DNA from: Mobula birostris
Taxonomy: Eukaryota
Direction: 5' to 3'
Assembly (NCBI RefSeq): GCF_030028105.1
Contig: NC_092383.1
Location: forward strand, 86,943,921 to 87,007,920
Length of the DNA: 64,000 nt
Shown: piece after piece, positions 59,521-64,000 of the stretch
Layout: each line of letters starts with the position of its first letter
Numbering within the stretch: position 1 is the stretch's first letter
Position numbers and translations under genes: made by a program
Notes under the pieces: model-generated
The model's database searches: none
Seen by the model: the letters and a program-made list of their open reading frames with translations, nothing else
What the model was told of the DNA's origin: nothing

Positions 59521-61086
59521 TAAGGTAATGAATTCCACCAATTCACCACCCTCTGGCTAAAGAAATTGCTCCTCTTCTCTGAATGGACTTCCCTTTATTC
59601 TGAGGCTGTAACCTCTGGTCCTTGACAATCATTGTAGGAAGCATCCTCCCCTCATCCACTGTATCCATATCTTTCAATATTGAATAGGTTCAAATAGATC
59701 CCACCTCATTCTTCTAATCTCTAGCAAGTAAAGGCCCAGAAACCATCAAAGAGTTCCTCATACCCTAACCCTTTCATTACCGGAATCATTCTAGTGAACT
59801 TTCCCTTTACAACACTAGCACATATTTTCTTCGAAAAGGAGCCCACAACTGTTCACAATACTAATGCAGTCTGAAAAAATACCTTATAAAGCCTCAGTAA
59901 GTCAATCTGCTTCTGGGAGAAGAGAAACCAGACGAACAGAAGTGCTAAGCTTAGAAGTTCCCTCAGATGAATCATTACAGTACAAGATGAAAAAATACCC
60001 ATCATGATTATTAAGACATGTTCAGTATTATTTCTGAATTGAATAAATCACAATTAAGAGAGTCAGTAACACAAGGGAATACATTTAAGATTGCTATCAA
60101 ATGACAGAGTTTGGAAAGGTTATTGATGCAAAATGGTTAAAAAGATGTAGACTGGCTGATTTGAACAAGGGTCAGGGAATAAGGTTTGTCAGCCTTTGTT
60201 TATGTGAGCTTTTACATAAATTCTATTGTATTTCTTTATTCTCCCTGTGAATGTCAACAAGAAAATGAATTTCAAGGTTGTAACTGGTAAGATTTCCCTT
60301 TGAGAATTGGAGATAATTTTCCATTGCGAGGCAAGTTTGAGCCCATCAGCCTGACTGGGGGCACCGTAGTGCAGCACAGAACTCCCCTCAAAGCCGCAGA
60401 GCAGCTGCCCCGATGGGCCATTCAGTATCATAGTTTTTGAACAGTCTCTCAGTACCCATGCTGAACGACAAGAAAGTTAATTAAAACAGAAACAAGAGAG
60501 AATCTGCAGATGCTGGAAATCCAAGTAACACACACACAATGCTGGAAGAGTTCTGGCCTGAAACATTGACTGTAGTTCTTTCTGTAGATGAGTTCCTTCA
60601 GCATTTTGTGTGCATTGTTTGCTAGCAAGAAACTTAACACCTGAGAATGTTTTTGGTTGCTGAAAAACACACAAGCTTAAATATTAGCTCATTTCAATCA
60701 AATAAAAACCTTTAATATGAACTATTTCATGCTGTTTCTCAAAATAAATAATTGATTAATCTCAGCAGGTCAGGCATAATCTGCAGAATGAGAAATGGTT
60801 AACATTCTGCGCTGCAGACTGTTTAACAGAATTTTGTTCCCTGGATCTGGCGTACCTTGTGCTACTGTGCAGACCTTTTTGGCTTTCTAGGGAATTTGCA
60901 GCTGTTTTATTATCACAGATGTGTATATTCTGCCGCAGTCTGATACTGACCTGGCTCTCAAGGAACTGTAAAAGACCATCAGCACCCTGAAGAACTGTTC
61001 ACCCAGAGGCTGCCTTTACCATCGCCAGGGAGTTTTATAGAGCGTCACTTACTAAATTTTCTCTGAAGTTTTGTCAACACATCCAG

Positions 61087-63890
61087 GTGTGTACACAGGG
61101 AGATAGAATACTTGCTTCGACCAATCGGTCTCCATGCTACAGGACTGCTTTGAGGACATCAACTGGAATGTCTTTCGTGATGAGGATGTCTCCGAGTTCA
61201 CAGAAGGGGTCAACAGATTCATCCGGAAGCACACCAAGGACGCTGTCCCCAAAAAATGGGTCAGGGTCTATCCAAACCAGAAATCTGGATCAACAGTTCT
61301 GTGCATGCTTCACTTATCACGTGAGATAGAGCTTACCTCACCGGTAATCAACAGGAACTCAAGAAATGCAGCTACAATCTACACCAGGTCTTCAAGGCAG
61401 TGAAACAACAAGACAGGGGCAAGATCCAGACGCAAATCTCCACCAACAATACACGCAACTTATGGCAAGGTCTGTACACCATCGCAGATTTCAAAGATAA
61501 GTGTAGTGATGCTGCCGACATTGCGGCCGCTCCGAATTGATATCATATTTGCTAAATAGGGACCGTGCACAATCCTGATTTGATGGAGATGGACGTGAGA
61601 AGCACGGAGGAACATCTAGAGAAACTTCTGAAATGCCTGATTCGCTGCCGCTGCTAATGTGCGATCGAAATTCTCCAGAGGAGAAGGCCCCAAATCCTTG
61701 GCTTTGCCTATTGCCTGTTGCCAGGGCCGGTGTCAAAGCGCTTGGCAGAGATGGTGCCTGGTGCTTGGTGTCGGAGGACTGGTCGGAGATTCGAAGTTTT
61801 CAGATGGACTCAAGAGTCAGACTGTGGTCAGGTGCTTCCAGGATGCTGCATCGGCAAGTTTGCGGCGCTGGAAGCTCATGGCAGGGAGAGTTTCTCCCTT
61901 CAACCATCTGCGTGAGATGATGGGACTTTCGAGAGACTTTGAGACTTTTTTTTACCGTGCCCATGGTCTGTTCTTTATCAAATTATGGTATTGCTTTGCA
62001 CTGTTGTAACTATATGTTATAATCATGTGGTTTTTGTCAATTTTTTTTAGTCTTGGTTTGTTTTGTGTTTCTGTGATAATATTCTGGAGGAACAAATTGT
62101 ATCATTTGTTAATGCATGCATTACTAAATGACAATAAAAGAGGACTGTGTGTCCTCATAATCTAATCTAACCTAATGTAATCTAATCCCAAATGTGCTAA
62201 ATCTTTTTTACGCTCGGTTCAATGTCACCAACACTGAGCCCCCGAGGAGAGCTGCCATAGTGACTTACTCTTTAGTCATCTCTGAGGCTGAATTACGCAG
62301 GTGTTTCCAATCAGTGGGCAGCTGCAAGGCTGCGGGACCGGACGGCATCCCAGGGCAGCTACTTGGGATGTGTGCAGCACAACTGGCAGGTGTGTTTACA
62401 GAGATTTTTAATCTCTCTCTCTTCCAGTGTAGAGTGCCCTCCTGCTTCAAAACATCCACTAATGCAGGGGTCCCCAACCGTTTTTATGCCATTGACCAAT
62501 ACTATTAAACAAGGGGTCCGTGGACCCTCAGATTGGGAATCCCTGCACTAATGCTCCTGCACCTAAAAAGATCAAGGTTAACATGTCTGAACAACTGGCA
62601 TCCTGACACATTCACCGCAATATTAAGCAAATGGTTTGAAAGACTACCTCTGCAGCATATTAACACCCATACTGGACCACTGACAATTTGCCTACTGACA
62701 CAACTGATTGACAGATGATGCAATAGCCACAGCTCTACATACTGTCCTTACACATCTGGAGAAGAAGGATGCTTATGTGAGAATGCTGTTCTTGGACTAC
62801 AACATTCAATGCCATAATTTCCTCCAGGGTTGACAAGAAGCTCAGAGACCTCAGCCTTCACCCTGCCTTGTGCAGCTGGATTCTGGACTTCCTGTCAGGT
62901 CCTGGGCAGGTGGCAAGAATGTTCTCTCTCACCTCTGCCCCTCTGCTCTCAAAACAGGATCCCCTCAGGACTGTGTCCTAAGCCCCTTTCTTTACTCCCT
63001 GTATATTCATGAATATGTCATCACCCACAGCTCCAATCTGCTAATTAAATTTGCTCACTACATTGCTTGGCCTTAACTCAATAATGAGGCAGCCTACAGA
63101 GAGGAAGTCATCACCCTGACACAGAGGTGTCAAGAGAAGAACCTTGCTCTCAATATCGCAAAAACAAAGGAGCTAGTTGTGGACTACAGGAGGAATGGAG
63201 ACAGGCTAACCTCAAGTGACACCAATGTATCTGGGGTTGAGAGGGAGAACAGCTTTAAGTTCGTCAGCATACACATTACCGAGGATATCACGTGGTCTGT
63301 ACATACCGGCTCTGTGGAGAAGAAAGCACAACAGCACCTTTTTCACTTCAGACGGTTGAAGAAATTTGTTATGGGTCCCCAAATCCTAAGAACTTTCTGC
63401 AGGGGCAAATTGAGAGCACCCTGACTGGCTGCATCACTGCCTGGTATGGGAACAGTACTTCCCTCAATTGCAGGACTCTGCAGAGAGTGGTGCGGACAGC
63501 CTAGTGCATCTGTAGATGTGATCTTCCTACTATTCAGGACATTTACAGAGACAGGTGCGTAAAAAGCACCTGAATCATCATTAGGGACCCGAGTTACCCC
63601 AACCACAAACTGCTCCATCTGCTACCATCTGGGAAACGGTACAGCATCATAAAAGCCAGGACCAACAAGCTCGGGGACAGCTTCCTCCACCAGGCCAACA
63701 GACTGATTAATTCACACTGATAAAATTGTATTTCTATGCTTAAATGATTGTCCTGTTGTAAATATTATTTACTACTGCTACTTATTACAAATTACTATAA
63801 ATTGCACATTGCACATTTAGACGGGTACATAACGCAAAGATTTTTACTCCACACGTATGTGAAGGATGTAAGATATAAATAAAGTCAATT
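61087..63890 (+). mobile_element. Rex1/Babar LINE, degraded, with nested insertions (about 61520-62190 and 62461-62530)
   Basis: LQDCFEDINWNVFRDEDVSEF..VRVYPNQK; LNLFYARF..KAAGPDGIPGQLLGMCAAQLAGVFTEIFNLSL; 3' region with AT-rich tail near 63880. Confidence 0.88.
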
Positions 63891-64000
63891 CAAAGTCATT
63901 TCAATTCCTTCCACTATCTGAAGTACTCCCTGATTGATTAGTGTAATTTCCACCCATCTAGAGGTATCGGAGAGATGATCTTCACAGCATGCCAAATACA

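Overview
Eukaryotic genomic DNA from a cartilaginous fish, probably a ray (inferred from the repeat families and the receptor sequences). It has no prokaryotic features. The window holds part of a tandem, + strand cluster of CD300/CMRF35-like (pIgR-like) single-pass Ig receptor genes embedded in transposable elements. Gene A looks intact: V-type Ig exon 3125-3445, Ser/Thr-rich stalk 5601-5760, TM exon 8669-8759 with Lys/Arg, and short tail 9751-9846. Its leader exon lies outside the window. Three paralogous wrecks follow: an orphan stalk exon (22685-22793), an orphan TM plus tail pair with a stop (31719-32103), and a pseudogene C with leader, V and a second C2-like Ig exon, the last split by a solo LTR (42258-45021). 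The most striking accessory feature is an intronless, tail-less RBM25 fragment (32940-33486) between the protease region and the integrase tail/PPT/3' LTR of a Gypsy element, which suggests LTR-mediated gene capture. Other elements are CR1, RTE, Rex1/Babar, L1/Tx1, I/Nimb and R4/Dong LINEs, Penelope elements (one with an intact hammerhead ribozyme core), solo LTRs and Tc1 derivatives. All alignments were done by eye and no database search was run. TE boundaries are approximate unless a TSD or terminal motif is quoted.
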